Shown piece by piece: positions 42,136-53,315 of a DNA stretch of 64,000 bases. Both the position numbers and the translations under genes were made by a program. Each line of letters starts with the position of its first letter. Positions within the stretch are counted from its first letter, which is position 1. Source of the stretch: Methanotrichaceae archaeon (lineage in GTDB: Archaea; Halobacteriota; Methanosarcinia; Methanotrichales; Methanotrichaceae); the NCBI GenBank assembly GCA_963803145.1, contig CAWDLW010000017.1, forward strand, positions 1 to 64,000, read 5' to 3'. The notes beneath the pieces were generated by a model that saw nothing but the letters and a program-made list of their open reading frames with translations, ran no database searches and had not been told where the DNA came from.

Positions 42136-42366
42136 CAAATTTTTATATTTGATGCGTCCAGGATTCAGTTCTGTTGGATTTGGGTAATAGCCCGATAAAA
42201 CCAATAGTCATCTCAAATATCATAGCACCACAGGACTCAACGGAAACTGTGTTCTCTATCCCAGGGACAAAATAGGTAAAGACAGATCTGTAAATCTGCC
42301 TTTATTGCTCTTTCCCTCTAATAGAGTTTCATGAGATAGTAAAAGGTTTATTTGCCAATTGAAAGT

Positions 42367-42798
42367 TTAACTCACACTTATGCGCTTTTTGGTAGTTACT
42401 ATCTCTTTGGGCAGAGTAATTTTAAGAACGCCATTATCTATCTTCGCATTAGCTTCTTCCGCCTTTACTGCGACAGGCAGGGGAATCAATCGTTCGAATC
42501 TGTTATAGTTACGTTCACGTTTATGATAGCCCTTCTCTGATTCCTCTCTTCCCTCCTTTCGCATAGCGACAATGCGCAGCTCGTTATCTAGGACAGAGAT
42601 ATCTACGTCCTCTTTATCGATGCCAGGCAGATCTAGGGTGACAATGACAGCATCATCTGTCTCCTTGACATCTGCTGGAGGTATCTTAACATCTCCTCCT
42701 AAGTTTGCTGGGAACCAATTAGTTATTCCCAGATGTTCCATGAGTTTATTTATCCCATTCTGCAACTGTTGCAGATCGTCTGAAATCGGCCCTGCCAT
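42367..42798 (-). CDS. Hsp20 small heat-shock protein
   Basis: DLPG, FER.IPLP, NGVLKITLPK. Confidence 0.93.
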   Translation of the reverse strand: MAGPISDDLQQLQNGINKLMEHLGITNWFPANLGGDVKIPPADVKETDDAVIVTLDLPGIDKEDVDISVLDNELRIVAMRKEGREESEKGYHKRERNYNRFERLIPLPVAVKAEEANAKIDNGVLKITLPKEIVTTKKRISVS

Positions 42799-43128
42799 CG
42801 TATCACCACAAATATATTAGGTATCAACGTATTTAAAATTATTATAAATATGGCAGCTATAAATCAGCTAGCTTTTATCCGCTTAGCATTAAAATAAGAA
42901 CTGCATACCGGCTTCTACACATCTTTCAGATCTACATTCCCTATTTCATTATAATATGCTCAAACCTAAAACTGCGGAAACATTAATACCACAGAAGCAT
43001 TATTTCCTGGGTATTAGATAGTGATGTAGAGGCAGATAAAGGCGAAGCCTGCTTCATAAATCCTAAAGCCATTGAGGCGGGCAATATCCAAATAAATTAT
43101 ACAACAATATTTAAGCGGTGGGAGATAA

Positions 43129-44691
43129 ACGAGGTCAAGTTACAGCATAGGTGGGGTTTTATTAGTATTTCTCTCAGCAATTGCTGCAGCCGAGAGTTTG
43201 CCCGCATCCCATGCACTTCAAGAGGTTCGAGCTGGCGATATACTTAGCCAAATTAGGGATGGAACACCTGTATACTACGATGGGATTAACATCTCCGGCA
43301 ATCTGGATCTGAGTGGCCTCGGCAGTGTGAATAGTTCATTGACGATCATAAACTCCAGTATACCTAATAGCAACTTCGCAGGGGTAACCTTTGATAAGGA
43401 AGCGATCTTTTGGGGTACTGCATTCGGTAATACCAGTTTCGATAAAGCTATATTCATCGGTTTAACATATTTCGATAATACATCTTGGAGACATACCAGC
43501 TTCTCGGAAGCGGTCTTTAATCAGCAGGCATTCTTCGGTGGCACTGAGTTCCTCAACGATGTGAGTTTTGAGGATGCCCAATTCAAGGAGGATGCGGACT
43601 TTAAACAGGCGCATTTCCTTGGAAATGCTTACTTCAACTATACTCACTTTAACTCTTATTCCTACTTTTCAGACGACAGGTTTTTTGGAGACGCCTCTTT
43701 TTCGGATATCAAGTTTGATGGTTCGTCAGATTTTACTGGTGCCAACTTTACCCATGGTGCCAGATTCATTCGATCTGAGTTTGATTCGCCAATCTTTAGC
43801 AATGCTTTCTTTGGAGGCTTGGCGCAGTTTGGCTTAACTAGATTCCATCGCCTTGCTGGTTTTGATTCTTCCATCTTTGCTGGGGAGGCCGACTTTGCTC
43901 TTGCTCGCTTCGAAGATGCTGTTTCATTCAGCGATGCCAGCTTTAGGGATGACGCTATCTTCGGAGGTATAAAATTCGAGCGCCTTCTCAACTTCAGGGG
44001 CGCCAGGTTCGAGAAGAAGTTGAACCTAAAAGCATCTCAGATTTACGATGTTCTGCTTGAGAATGCAACCTTTGGCATTGCATCGAAGATAATCCTTGAG
44101 GACACAGATTTCTCAATATTTAGGGCCCCGTGGAGAACTATTGGCGATCATGTTCAGTACAATGGCGGGGCCTATCTTTCCTTAGTCAAAAACTATAAGG
44201 ATCTAAATTGGTTCAGCGATTCTAATGACTGTTATTATTTATATAGAAAACTTAGCTTAGATTATGAGACATTAAGCCCTATGAAGTTCATAGATTACCT
44301 CGCCTGGATCTTCTATGGTTTCGGCGTGAAGCCTGAGATTCCACTTGGTTGGTCGGTTCTTATCATATTGGCCTTAGGGCTCGTGTTCAAGTTCGTCAAA
44401 AGCTTAAGGAAATTCATTCGAAAGGAAACTATAAACATGATACCATCAAAGGATGGATACCTAGAGGCTCAAATCGAGACCTCCCTTATAGAGGTGCCTA
44501 TCTCTTTTATCGATCCTTTCCTATTCAGCCTGTCAAACTTCACATCTGGCTGGACAACTTTTCTCTATCCATTTACAGATTTTAAGGCGACGGGGGGACA
44601 TTCGCATCTGGCAATAATGGAAAGAATACTAGGCTCGGTGTTTATTTCTCTCATCCTGGCGGCAATCGTCAAGACATACTTGATAAGATGA
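43129..44691 (+). CDS. Pentapeptide-repeat membrane protein with signal peptide; probable ACG start
   Basis: F..A.F repeats, GFGVKP, C-terminal TMs; in-frame signal peptide upstream of 43198; paralogue of 29037. Confidence 0.82.
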   Translation, partial: TRSSYSIGGVLLVFLSAIAAAESLPASHALQEVRAGDILSQIRDGTPVYYDGINISGNLDLSGLGSVNSSLTIINSSIPNSNFAGVTFDKEAIFWGTAFGNTSFDKAIFIGLTYFDNTSWRHTSFSEAVFNQQAFFGGTEFLNDVSFEDAQFKEDADFKQAHFLGNAYFNYTHFNSYSYFSDDRFFGDASFSDIKFDGSSDFTGANFTHGARFIRSEFDSPIFSNAFFGGLAQFGLTRFHRLAGFDSSIFAGEADFALARFEDAVSFSDASFRDDAIFGGIKFERLLNFRGARFEKKLNLKASQIYDVLLENATFGIASKIILEDTDFSIFRAPWRTIGDHVQYNGGAYLSLVKNYKDLNWFSDSNDCYYLYRKLSLDYETLSPMKFIDYLAWIFYGFGVKPEIPLGWSVLIILALGLVFKFVKSLRKFIRKETINMIPSKDGYLEAQIETSLIEVPISFIDPFLFSLSNFTSGWTTFLYPFTDFKATGGHSHLAIMERILGSVFISLILAAIVKTYLIR

Positions 44692-44799
44692 CTCCAATGA
44701 GATCACTCACTATCTAAAGAACGGGCTGATAAAGTCAGACAGGGATTTCACGAACCGATTACAACCCCCGCTAACGCCAATTCCGATAGGAAAGCCGAT

Positions 44800-44829
44800 A
44801 AAAAACAGGGAGGCATGGAATATGCCCTC
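44800..44829 (-). terminator. Hairpin followed by T-run downstream of the dehydrogenase cluster
   Basis: GAGGGCATATTCCATGCCTCCCTGTTTTTT on the minus strand. Confidence 0.4.
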
Positions 44830-44906
44830 TCAGATTTGTTTGCCTCATCAGTTCTTGCTTAAAGATTTACATAGACTGGGATTTGGAATGGTCTGATACA
44901 GATCGC

Positions 44907-46436
44907 CTACATCGTGGCATTTGCTGGAGCTATCTTGTATACTTTGCCTGTATTTCCCGAGGGTCCGCCCATCTGGCTGGTCATGATGTAAACCTCGTGA
45001 TCAGAGTCCTCTCCGAAGCCACGCACATATGCATCTATTCGACCGCTTGAACTGCTGGCTACTTTGATCTCCTCAGTCGGCCACATTTGCACATCTGCTG
45101 CGGTCAGGCTGTCGGCGGTTGCTGGCATGCTCCACTTCCATCCCGATGGCGGGGTAGCAACAAGCAGCGTGCCGTTGTCAAGTGGAGTGTAGGAGCTCCA
45201 GTCCCCGAAGATATATCGCCCCTGGAAATCGGGCAATGCCTTGCCTCTGTAGACATATCCTCCAACGACCGTCTGTCCGATATCGTGCCCAAGCTCGACT
45301 ATTGGACCAATCAGTGGTTCGCCACTGTAGCCTCTTGTCCTGCAGCTCGCTGGCGGTTGCTTTGAATGGTTTGGATCGAAGCAGTGGGTTCCCTCTCTGA
45401 TGTTCCAGCCATAGTCGCATCCTTTGACGATTATGTATACGCTCTCAAACAGGTCCTGTCCTGCGTTCCCCACGAACATAAGGCCGCTCTGAGGGTCGAA
45501 TGATGCATACGCAGGATTTCTCAGGCCATAGGCATATATCTCAGGCTGTGCAGATTTATTGTCGAGGAATGGATTATCGGAGGGTATGCTGTAGGGCTTT
45601 CCGCCGCCTGCATTATTCACATCAATCCTGAGGATCTTGCCTAAGGGTTTTGTCAGGTCCTGGGCGTTTCCTATCCCGGGTGTGTGGCCGGTTCCTGTAT
45701 CATCGGCCCTCCCGCCATCGCCGGTTGGTATATACAGGTAGCCATCAGGGCCGAAGCGGATCTGGCCGCCGTTATGGTTAAGGTAAGGCAGGTCTACCTG
45801 CATGATCATCTTCTCAGAGCTCATGTCTACCTTGTTCGGATCACTCTTGGACACGGTGAACTCTGATAGTTGGTTCGTATGATCCCAACCCTTTGGTGCG
45901 TTCGATCTAAGAGGTATGCTGTAGTAAATGAATACTCTGCCGTTATTCTTGAAGTCGGGATGAAACGCAAGACCGAGCAGGCCGCGCTCATCATAGGATG
46001 GGCTCAAATCGATCATCTTGCTGCTGACATCCAGGAAGGGCTCTTTTAGGAGAGTGCCATTGGCATACAGTATTCTGATAGTCCCAACTTGATCCACTAT
46101 GAAGAGCCTGCCTGTTCCATCGTTGGGTGAGACAGCAGTCATTGGCGCTGTCAGGCCATCGGCAACTACTTTCACTCCAATGACTGGCTTAAATGTGCCC
46201 GATGGCTGGGTCAGCTTGGTGATCGATTGAGTTCCATCGAACCCAGCAGCCAGAGGAGAGTTTTCATTTGTCAGATCTGCTTGGGATGCATTGGATCCTT
46301 GTGTTTGGCCGATCATCTGTGGATTATTCGTGTTATTCATTCCTGTTTGAGCAGCAGAAAATGGTTGTACACTTAATAATATCAACAGTGTCATTGATAC
46401 TGGAAAAATATATTTTAACATATTGGATATCTCCAC
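44907..46436 (-). CDS. Secreted PQQ-dependent sugar dehydrogenase family protein (GSDH)
   Basis: ERGLLGLAFHPDF, NHNGG, GKILRIDV, YAYGLRNP, YGW. Confidence 0.92.
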   Translation of the reverse strand: MEISNMLKYIFPVSMTLLILLSVQPFSAAQTGMNNTNNPQMIGQTQGSNASQADLTNENSPLAAGFDGTQSITKLTQPSGTFKPVIGVKVVADGLTAPMTAVSPNDGTGRLFIVDQVGTIRILYANGTLLKEPFLDVSSKMIDLSPSYDERGLLGLAFHPDFKNNGRVFIYYSIPLRSNAPKGWDHTNQLSEFTVSKSDPNKVDMSSEKMIMQVDLPYLNHNGGQIRFGPDGYLYIPTGDGGRADDTGTGHTPGIGNAQDLTKPLGKILRIDVNNAGGGKPYSIPSDNPFLDNKSAQPEIYAYGLRNPAYASFDPQSGLMFVGNAGQDLFESVYIIVKGCDYGWNIREGTHCFDPNHSKQPPASCRTRGYSGEPLIGPIVELGHDIGQTVVGGYVYRGKALPDFQGRYIFGDWSSYTPLDNGTLLVATPPSGWKWSMPATADSLTAADVQMWPTEEIKVASSSSGRIDAYVRGFGEDSDHEVYIMTSQMGGPSGNTGKVYKIAPANATM

Positions 46437-46535
46437 TCATCTGTTCATATTTGGGATCAAAATTTCTTTTTAATTTATCCGGTTGCAGGGAATAAATAAG
46501 TTTTGTATAAGAATAGCGTTAATGCAACGGTAAGT

Positions 46536-47858
46536 TCATGCGTAGGAGTTGCCGGGGACAATTCTGTATATTCTGCCTGTATTCCCGGACGGTCCCTGCA
46601 TTTGAGATGTCAGCAAATATAGCTCTTGATTGGGCCCCTTTTCGATGGAAAGCACATAAGCGCTTACATTGATCTTGAGATCTTCGGCATTCCATTCTTT
46701 GCCTGATGGTTGTGGAGCTGTAGCCATCAACCCACCAACGGGCGTGTTATAGCTTTTACTTCTATATCCAAAGATATAATGCCCATAAAGGGTAGGGAAC
46801 GCTGTGCCTCTGTAAATAAATCCATTAACTATCGGTTGGCCGAGATCATAGCTATATTCAATAAAGGGATCTATTAAGGGCTCTCCTAGATATCCCAGGC
46901 TCCTACAGCTGGTGATCGGTATAGATCTGTCTTGAATGTTGAAGCAATAGGATCCTTCTTTGATGTTCCAGCCATAGTTACCTCCTTTGGCAACCCTATT
47001 TACCTCCTCCCATCTCATTTGTCCAGGATCATCTGCGAAGAGGCTTCTATTGCCCTTAGCATCAAAAGAGATGATGGGATTCCTGAAGCCATAGGAAAAT
47101 ATTTCAGGCAGTGCATTTCTCACGCCTATAAAGGGGTTATCAGAAGGTATACTATATTGCCCGTTGATGCTTGTATTGTCTATGTCTATTCTCAGTATCT
47201 TGCCGAGCAGAGTAGAGCGGTTCTGGGCATTGCCTTCTGGTGCATGGCCTATGCCTACATCATCCGATCCGCCTCCATCGCCTGTCGGGATATACAGATA
47301 TCCATCAGGGCCAAAGATGATGCCGCCTCCATTATTATTAGGCTCGGGATGATCTATCTCCAGGATAATGCGCTCTGAATTAGGATCTGCTCTGTTAGGG
47401 TTATCATTTGAAACATTGAACTCAGATAGACGATCGATATGATCCCAGCCTTTAGGCGCATCCGGTTTAAGTGGGGCGCTATAGAATACGAAGACTCTGC
47501 TGCTGTTCTTAAAATCAGGATGAAGCGCTATGCCTAGAAGGCCGCGCTCATCATAGCTCGGATTCAGCTTCACAATCCGCTCACGTAAATCTAGCAAGGT
47601 GTCATTAAGAAGAGTGCCATTCTCTGTTACAACCTTGATCAATCCTGTCTGATCTGCGACGAATGTTCTACCAGTGCCATCATCAGGGCCGACGATCTGA
47701 ACTGGAGCGGTGAAACCATCTGCCAATAGCTTCAGCGTAAGATTTGGCAGTGAGGTAGCATTAGGCTGCATTATATCTGGATACATCTGGCCCGAGCACG
47801 ACAGCGTGATAATGTATGCCGATAGGACGATGATGCATAGTGAAGCAGATCTTTCCAT
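46536..47858 (-). CDS. Secreted GSDH-family paralogue, His of the NHNGG motif replaced by Asn
   Basis: Same motifs; PNNNGG. Confidence 0.9.
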   Translation of the reverse strand: MERSASLCIIVLSAYIITLSCSGQMYPDIMQPNATSLPNLTLKLLADGFTAPVQIVGPDDGTGRTFVADQTGLIKVVTENGTLLNDTLLDLRERIVKLNPSYDERGLLGIALHPDFKNSSRVFVFYSAPLKPDAPKGWDHIDRLSEFNVSNDNPNRADPNSERIILEIDHPEPNNNGGGIIFGPDGYLYIPTGDGGGSDDVGIGHAPEGNAQNRSTLLGKILRIDIDNTSINGQYSIPSDNPFIGVRNALPEIFSYGFRNPIISFDAKGNRSLFADDPGQMRWEEVNRVAKGGNYGWNIKEGSYCFNIQDRSIPITSCRSLGYLGEPLIDPFIEYSYDLGQPIVNGFIYRGTAFPTLYGHYIFGYRSKSYNTPVGGLMATAPQPSGKEWNAEDLKINVSAYVLSIEKGPNQELYLLTSQMQGPSGNTGRIYRIVPGNSYA

Positions 47859-47874
47859 AGTATCCTCTTGGTTG

Positions 47875-49368
47875 TTATGTCTGTCCAGTCATATTTCCTG
47901 CAGGAATAATCTTGAAAACCTTGCCGGTCGTTCCAGTCAGCTCTCCTATATCCGATGTCACCACATATAGCTCATGGCTTGCATCTTCTCCAAATCCTCT
48001 CACATACGCGTTAATTCGTCCGTTCGGATTGGTCGTAACCCTGATCACTTCTGTTGTCCACATCTCCATATCAGAAGGAGTAATGTTCTCTGCAGATATG
48101 TCGGAAGTTAGATTTCCGTTCTGGCCAGCAGGCGGCGTAGCTACCAGCAGTGTGCCATTATCGAGTGGACTATAAGAGCTCCAATCCCCGAAGATATAGC
48201 GCCCCTGAAAATCGGGCATTGCCTTGCCTCTATATACAAGTCCGCCAACTACCACCTGACCTATATCATGGCCGAGCTCTACTATGGGACCTATTAGAGA
48301 CTCATTCCTGTAGCCGGAAGTTCTACATTCGAGCGATGGTTGTTTTGGATGGTCTGGACTGAAGCAATGTGTGCCCTCCCTTATATTCCATCCATAGTTG
48401 CCTCCTTTCAGAACCATATCCACCTCTTCAAACAGCTCCTGTCCGCCATCTCCAACAAAAAGCCTGCCGCTTTGAGGGTCAATCGACGCTGTAGCAGGAT
48501 TTCTGAAGCCATATGCATATATCTCAGGCATAGCTGTCTTATTGCCCAAAAATGGATTATCCGGAGGTATGCCGTAATGCTTTCCGCCGCTGGCATTGTT
48601 TACATCGATTCTGAGGATCTTGCCCAGAGGATTCGTCAGATCCTGGGCGTTTCCTATCCCGGGTGTATGGCCAATCCCGGTATCATCTGCTCTTCCACCG
48701 TCACCTGTGGGCACATAGAGATATCCGTCATTGCCGAAGTAAATTTGGCCTCCATTATGGTTCAGATAGGGCATGTCGATATCCATGATGATCTTCTCTG
48801 AGCTTGCATCTGCCCTGTTTGGATCATCCCTTGAGACGTTGAACTCGGATAAACGGTTTGTATGGTTCCAGCCAACTGGTGCACCCGGCCTCAAGGGCAC
48901 GCTGTAGTATATGAATACCCTGCTATTGTTCTTGAAGTCCGGATGGAATGCCAGACCAAGCAGCCCGCGTTCATCATAAGAGGTTATAATCTTCACAGTC
49001 TTGTTGCTCACATCCAGAAAAGGCTTCTTCTGCAAGGTTCCATTAGAATCCAGAATGCTGATAGTGCCAGGCATATCGACTATGAACAATCTTCCTGTTC
49101 CATCATCAGGAGCGGCGACAGTCATGGGTGCAGTAAACCCTTCTGCCACAAGCTTGAGACCAATATCCGACCTAAATGCGCCCATAGGATGGGCCAGTAC
49201 AGTATGTGATTGGTTGCCTATGAGAACAGCGGCATATGATGAATTTGCATTGGTCAGATCGTATTTGGAAATGCCGGGTTGATCGCCTGTTACAGTTTGG
49301 CTTGCACATAACGAGAGCCCTATTGATGCTGATAAGATCGCTATAATAAGAACCGAGAGATTCTTCAT
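47875..49368 (-). CDS. Secreted GSDH-family paralogue
   Basis: Same motifs; close to 44907. Confidence 0.92.
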   Translation of the reverse strand: MKNLSVLIIAILSASIGLSLCASQTVTGDQPGISKYDLTNANSSYAAVLIGNQSHTVLAHPMGAFRSDIGLKLVAEGFTAPMTVAAPDDGTGRLFIVDMPGTISILDSNGTLQKKPFLDVSNKTVKIITSYDERGLLGLAFHPDFKNNSRVFIYYSVPLRPGAPVGWNHTNRLSEFNVSRDDPNRADASSEKIIMDIDMPYLNHNGGQIYFGNDGYLYVPTGDGGRADDTGIGHTPGIGNAQDLTNPLGKILRIDVNNASGGKHYGIPPDNPFLGNKTAMPEIYAYGFRNPATASIDPQSGRLFVGDGGQELFEEVDMVLKGGNYGWNIREGTHCFSPDHPKQPSLECRTSGYRNESLIGPIVELGHDIGQVVVGGLVYRGKAMPDFQGRYIFGDWSSYSPLDNGTLLVATPPAGQNGNLTSDISAENITPSDMEMWTTEVIRVTTNPNGRINAYVRGFGEDASHELYVVTSDIGELTGTTGKVFKIIPAGNMTGQT

Positions 49369-49557
49369 TACAATACTTCCCTACGATATCTGGATAAGAA
49401 CATTCAACTATATCTATTATTTATTAGACTCTTTTGTGTTAAATAAGTTTTGAATCTAAATGATATAGGCTTCAAACCAAGATTTCCGACTAATAGTAGT
49501 AAAAGAATTAAACCAGTGAGAGATATATATTTGTAACCTCTTTGAAGAGTTGGTAAA

Positions 49558-51768
49558 ATGAAAGCAGAATATATTATCCATCGATGGGATAGGCTGCTGC
49601 TGATAATGTTGATTCTAGCAGCATTAGCGATACCGATATTGGCAGAGAGCAACATCACGGCGGCAGGCGTTCCTCCGGAAATAACACAGTCTTCCAAAGA
49701 CTGGCCACTGGCGAACAAAGATTACGGTAATACCAGGGCTACAATTGACTCTACTATAAATTCAGGAAATATAAACAATCTTGGAGTAGCCTGGGCCTTC
49801 AAGATACCCGGCATAGGCATATACGGCGGTGGCACGAGCAATCCGATAATCCTCGGAAACACCGTCTACTTCCAGGATCTGAAGGGCAATGTCTTCGCGC
49901 TGGACCTTCAGACAGGAAAAACTAAGTGGGCAAACATGTTCAACTCCTCAGCTGTTGAAGGGCCAAATGGGCCTGTTGTAGGCTGGGGCAAGGTCTTCAT
50001 AGCCAAGGACATCGAGAATATGACCGCCCTCAATGCGAGCAACGGCAAGGAGCTGTGGTCCACAAGGCTATCCAATGTATTCACAACAGGCATAGATATC
50101 CAGCCAACGATCTATGATGGGATTGTATATATATCGACAGTTCCTGGGACTGGCGATGTATTCTACGCGCCTGGTGGTATAGGCGTTCTTTATGCCCTTG
50201 ATCAAAATACTGGAAAGATACTTTGGAACTTCAGCACAGTTTACCCAAACAATTTATGGGGTCATCCTGAGGTCAACAGCGGCGGAGGCGCATGGTATAA
50301 TCCAGCAATTGATCTCAAGACAGGAATAACCTTCTGGGGTATAGGCAACCCGGCACCATGGCCTGGCACACTTGAGTGGCCGGATGCAACGAGTCGGCCT
50401 GGACCGAACCTATACACAAACAGCATGCTCGCAATCAATCATCGTAACGGCAGCCTGGTGTGGTATAATCAGGTATATCCGCATGATCTCTATGATCTTG
50501 ACTTCCAGATATCGCCCATACTTGCAAGCGCCAACATAAGTGGAAAGCAGCAGGATATAGTCATGGGCTCAGGCAAGATGGGACGCGTTTATGCCTTCAA
50601 CAGAAGCACTGGATCGATACTACGGGTGACGGTTGTGGGCAAACATGAGAACGATCAGCTGGAAGTTCTGCCCAATGGTACTATGACAGAGGTCTATCCG
50701 AGCTCCCTTGGTGGAGTAGAGACTCCGATGGCATATTCTGATGGAGTTGTTTATGTTGTTAATAACGATCTTGCATCATATTATTCCCCGACAAGCAGAG
50801 CAGGGTCGAATTTGAGCACAGGCAAAGGCGGTCTGACCGCGATCGATGTTAAGACAGGACAGATACTCTGGCTAAAGAAGTTCAATTCATTGAATGTAGG
50901 CGCTGCAACTGTTATCAACGACCTGGTCTTCACTGCGACATATGATGGGGACATCTATGCTTTCAATAAGAATACCGGCGATAGGGTTTGGAAATACACA
51001 GCTCCTGCTGGAATCAATGGCTGGCCGGCTGTAACAGGCGACACCATTGTCTGGCCTGCAGGGTTCGGCAATGCCACATTGATCGCCTTTAAGCTAGGAT
51101 CGAGTATAACCACTCCACAGGCGATGATCATCCAGCCCAAAGAAGGAGCTGTCCTGACCACAAATAATGTCAACGTCTCTGCGAAGATCCAGAACTTCAA
51201 CCTGAATAAAGTCTCAGGCGGACAGAGCACAACTGTTCAAGGCTACATCAACTACTTCATGGATGTCCCAGTTCCGACAGCTGCAGGAAAGCCTACTTTT
51301 ACCGCTTCCGGAACATACGTACAATCCGGAAATACATCGTATACCTGGAAGAACGTGAGCGCAGGGATGCATAACTTCTCTATTGAGCTTGTTAACGGCA
51401 ACAATACCCCGTTGAATCCTCCAGTAGCAGATACTGTCACAGTGAACGTACCGAACCTGATGGTCCAGAAAGGACCCAGTGCCAACATTACACTGATTGC
51501 AAAGAACCTGGCGTTCAATACCAGTACAATCACAGTTCCAGCAGGAGCACATGTAACAGTCCACTTCAGTAACGAGGACCAGGGCATATCACATAACTTC
51601 GCTGTATACACTAACCCATCTGCTCTGACAAGGATCTTCGGCGGAGAGGTTATAATAGGGGTATCATCTACAACCTATACATTCACAGCTCCATCAACGC
51701 CTGGAACATACTTCTTCAGGTGCGATGTACATCCGAATACAATGACAGGCCAGTTTATTGTAAAATAG
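49558..51768 (+). CDS. Secreted PQQ-binding beta-propeller protein with C-terminal cupredoxin domain
   Basis: ALD..TG...W repeats, PHDLYDLD; HNF...C-D-V-H-P-N-T-M type-1 copper ligands. Confidence 0.88.
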   Translation: MKAEYIIHRWDRLLLIMLILAALAIPILAESNITAAGVPPEITQSSKDWPLANKDYGNTRATIDSTINSGNINNLGVAWAFKIPGIGIYGGGTSNPIILGNTVYFQDLKGNVFALDLQTGKTKWANMFNSSAVEGPNGPVVGWGKVFIAKDIENMTALNASNGKELWSTRLSNVFTTGIDIQPTIYDGIVYISTVPGTGDVFYAPGGIGVLYALDQNTGKILWNFSTVYPNNLWGHPEVNSGGGAWYNPAIDLKTGITFWGIGNPAPWPGTLEWPDATSRPGPNLYTNSMLAINHRNGSLVWYNQVYPHDLYDLDFQISPILASANISGKQQDIVMGSGKMGRVYAFNRSTGSILRVTVVGKHENDQLEVLPNGTMTEVYPSSLGGVETPMAYSDGVVYVVNNDLASYYSPTSRAGSNLSTGKGGLTAIDVKTGQILWLKKFNSLNVGAATVINDLVFTATYDGDIYAFNKNTGDRVWKYTAPAGINGWPAVTGDTIVWPAGFGNATLIAFKLGSSITTPQAMIIQPKEGAVLTTNNVNVSAKIQNFNLNKVSGGQSTTVQGYINYFMDVPVPTAAGKPTFTASGTYVQSGNTSYTWKNVSAGMHNFSIELVNGNNTPLNPPVADTVTVNVPNLMVQKGPSANITLIAKNLAFNTSTITVPAGAHVTVHFSNEDQGISHNFAVYTNPSALTRIFGGEVIIGVSSTTYTFTAPSTPGTYFFRCDVHPNTMTGQFIVK

Positions 51769-51861
51769 ATATTTTGAGGAGAACTGCATCTCCTCACCCC
51801 TTTTATTTGAGCAGTTTAGACACTATGAGCCAGGTACTTGTATTATACTGCGGAAATTATG

Positions 51862-52722
51862 TTATTTGCCTGAGAAGGGCACGTACTCGACTCCAGGCCT
51901 GCTCCTGCCTACTTCCATCCTATAGAGCTTCATCAGCTCATAGACTTCCTGGGGAACATCTGTGCTCACACAATCTCCCAAAAGCGCCTTGGCATCATCT
52001 GCCATGAAAGGATGATCATGAGTATATTTGCCCGATACAAACTCCTCTATTATTATCCCCATCCTATCCTCGCCGCATTTGCCCTCAAGTATCTTTCTCA
52101 GCAGCACATCAATTTGGGCGAGAGCCTTTGCAGCCTCCTCTGCGTAGATCAGGATTTTATCGGATACCCTGTCCTTATTCTTCTTCTCTACGGCCTTGAT
52201 AATGGACGTGGCAGGGTAAGCGCCCTGCTGGTCTCCAAGCTGAGGATCGACCGGCCCTAGGGCTGCATGTGTGTCCATGATAATCTGATCAGCTGCAAAT
52301 GCAATAAGAGTCCCGCCGCTCATGGCGTAATGAGGAACTAGGACAGTCTTCTTCGAGGGATGGGCCTTCAGCGCCATAGCGATCTGCGTGGCGGCGAGAG
52401 CCAACCCTCCGGGCGTATGCAGTATTAGGTCTATTGGAACATCCTTTCTGGCAGATCTAATGGCTCTCAGGACCTGCTCGCTATCATCAATATCGATATA
52501 TCTTGCCAGGGGTATTCCAAGGAAGCTTATTACCTCCTGGCGGTGGATCAGCGTTATGACCTGGGACCTTCTACTCTTGCTGAGCCTTGTGAGGATGCGC
52601 CTCCTCTCCATCTGCAGTAAGTTTCTCTGGATCATTGGAACAAGAAACAGCAATACGAATAGTAAAACCCATATATTGTTTATTATGGAATCGAAACCAA
52701 TCTGAGCTTGAAGGAGAGCCAT
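51862..52722 (-). CDS. ClpP-class serine protease (SDH_sah family)
   Basis: LHTPGG, AMSGGTLIA, GPVDPQ, THDHP. Confidence 0.9.
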   Translation of the reverse strand: MALLQAQIGFDSIINNIWVLLFVLLFLVPMIQRNLLQMERRRILTRLSKSRRSQVITLIHRQEVISFLGIPLARYIDIDDSEQVLRAIRSARKDVPIDLILHTPGGLALAATQIAMALKAHPSKKTVLVPHYAMSGGTLIAFAADQIIMDTHAALGPVDPQLGDQQGAYPATSIIKAVEKKNKDRVSDKILIYAEEAAKALAQIDVLLRKILEGKCGEDRMGIIIEEFVSGKYTHDHPFMADDAKALLGDCVSTDVPQEVYELMKLYRMEVGRSRPGVEYVPFSGK

Positions 52723-52994
52723 TATATTATACCTCGCTAGTTTGTATTAAAGATTTTTCGGTTGCAGCCCGACTTGCTGAGGATGGCATTCCAAACTCCC
52801 AGCACAAGATGGCTTATTGTTGCCGATCTCAGTACAAATGATTAATATCGCCAAGCAGATACAATATTTCCTGAGATAAGTTTCTGATTGCTGTCATACG
52901 AAAGTTTTTTTAAATATAGGGGAATTAGTATTTAGCAATATAACTCCTCCTCTGGAATTGGATGGATTTTTGAAAGGAAATTTGGTGATGTAGA

Positions 52995-53228
52995 ATGTTG
53001 TGCTACAATATAGCCAGGGACTTTCTCCAGGACAGAAAAGGAAAGACAATAAAGGTATTGGTGGAAGGCGGAGGCTTTAGGCCGATAACCGGCAAGCTTA
53101 TAGATTTCGATGATGCCGTCATGGTCCTGGAGACAGAGGGCGGGCTGCAATGGATGCTGGATATGGCCAATGTGACAAGCGTGGCGGATGAATCAGGGAG
53201 TGCTGCCGTTGTTGAGGGAACAGCCTAA
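52995..53228 (+). CDS. Small Sm-like/SH3-fold protein
   Basis: GK.IKV...GKLIDFDD..MVLE. Confidence 0.6.
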   Translation: MLCYNIARDFLQDRKGKTIKVLVEGGGFRPITGKLIDFDDAVMVLETEGGLQWMLDMANVTSVADESGSAAVVEGTA

Positions 53229-53315
53229 AACAAGAGATAGAAAATCCTTTTTTCTAAAGCAGAGTTTATATCACCCGAAAATTAAAAGGAAAGATTGGCA
53301 GATGCCAGACGTTGC

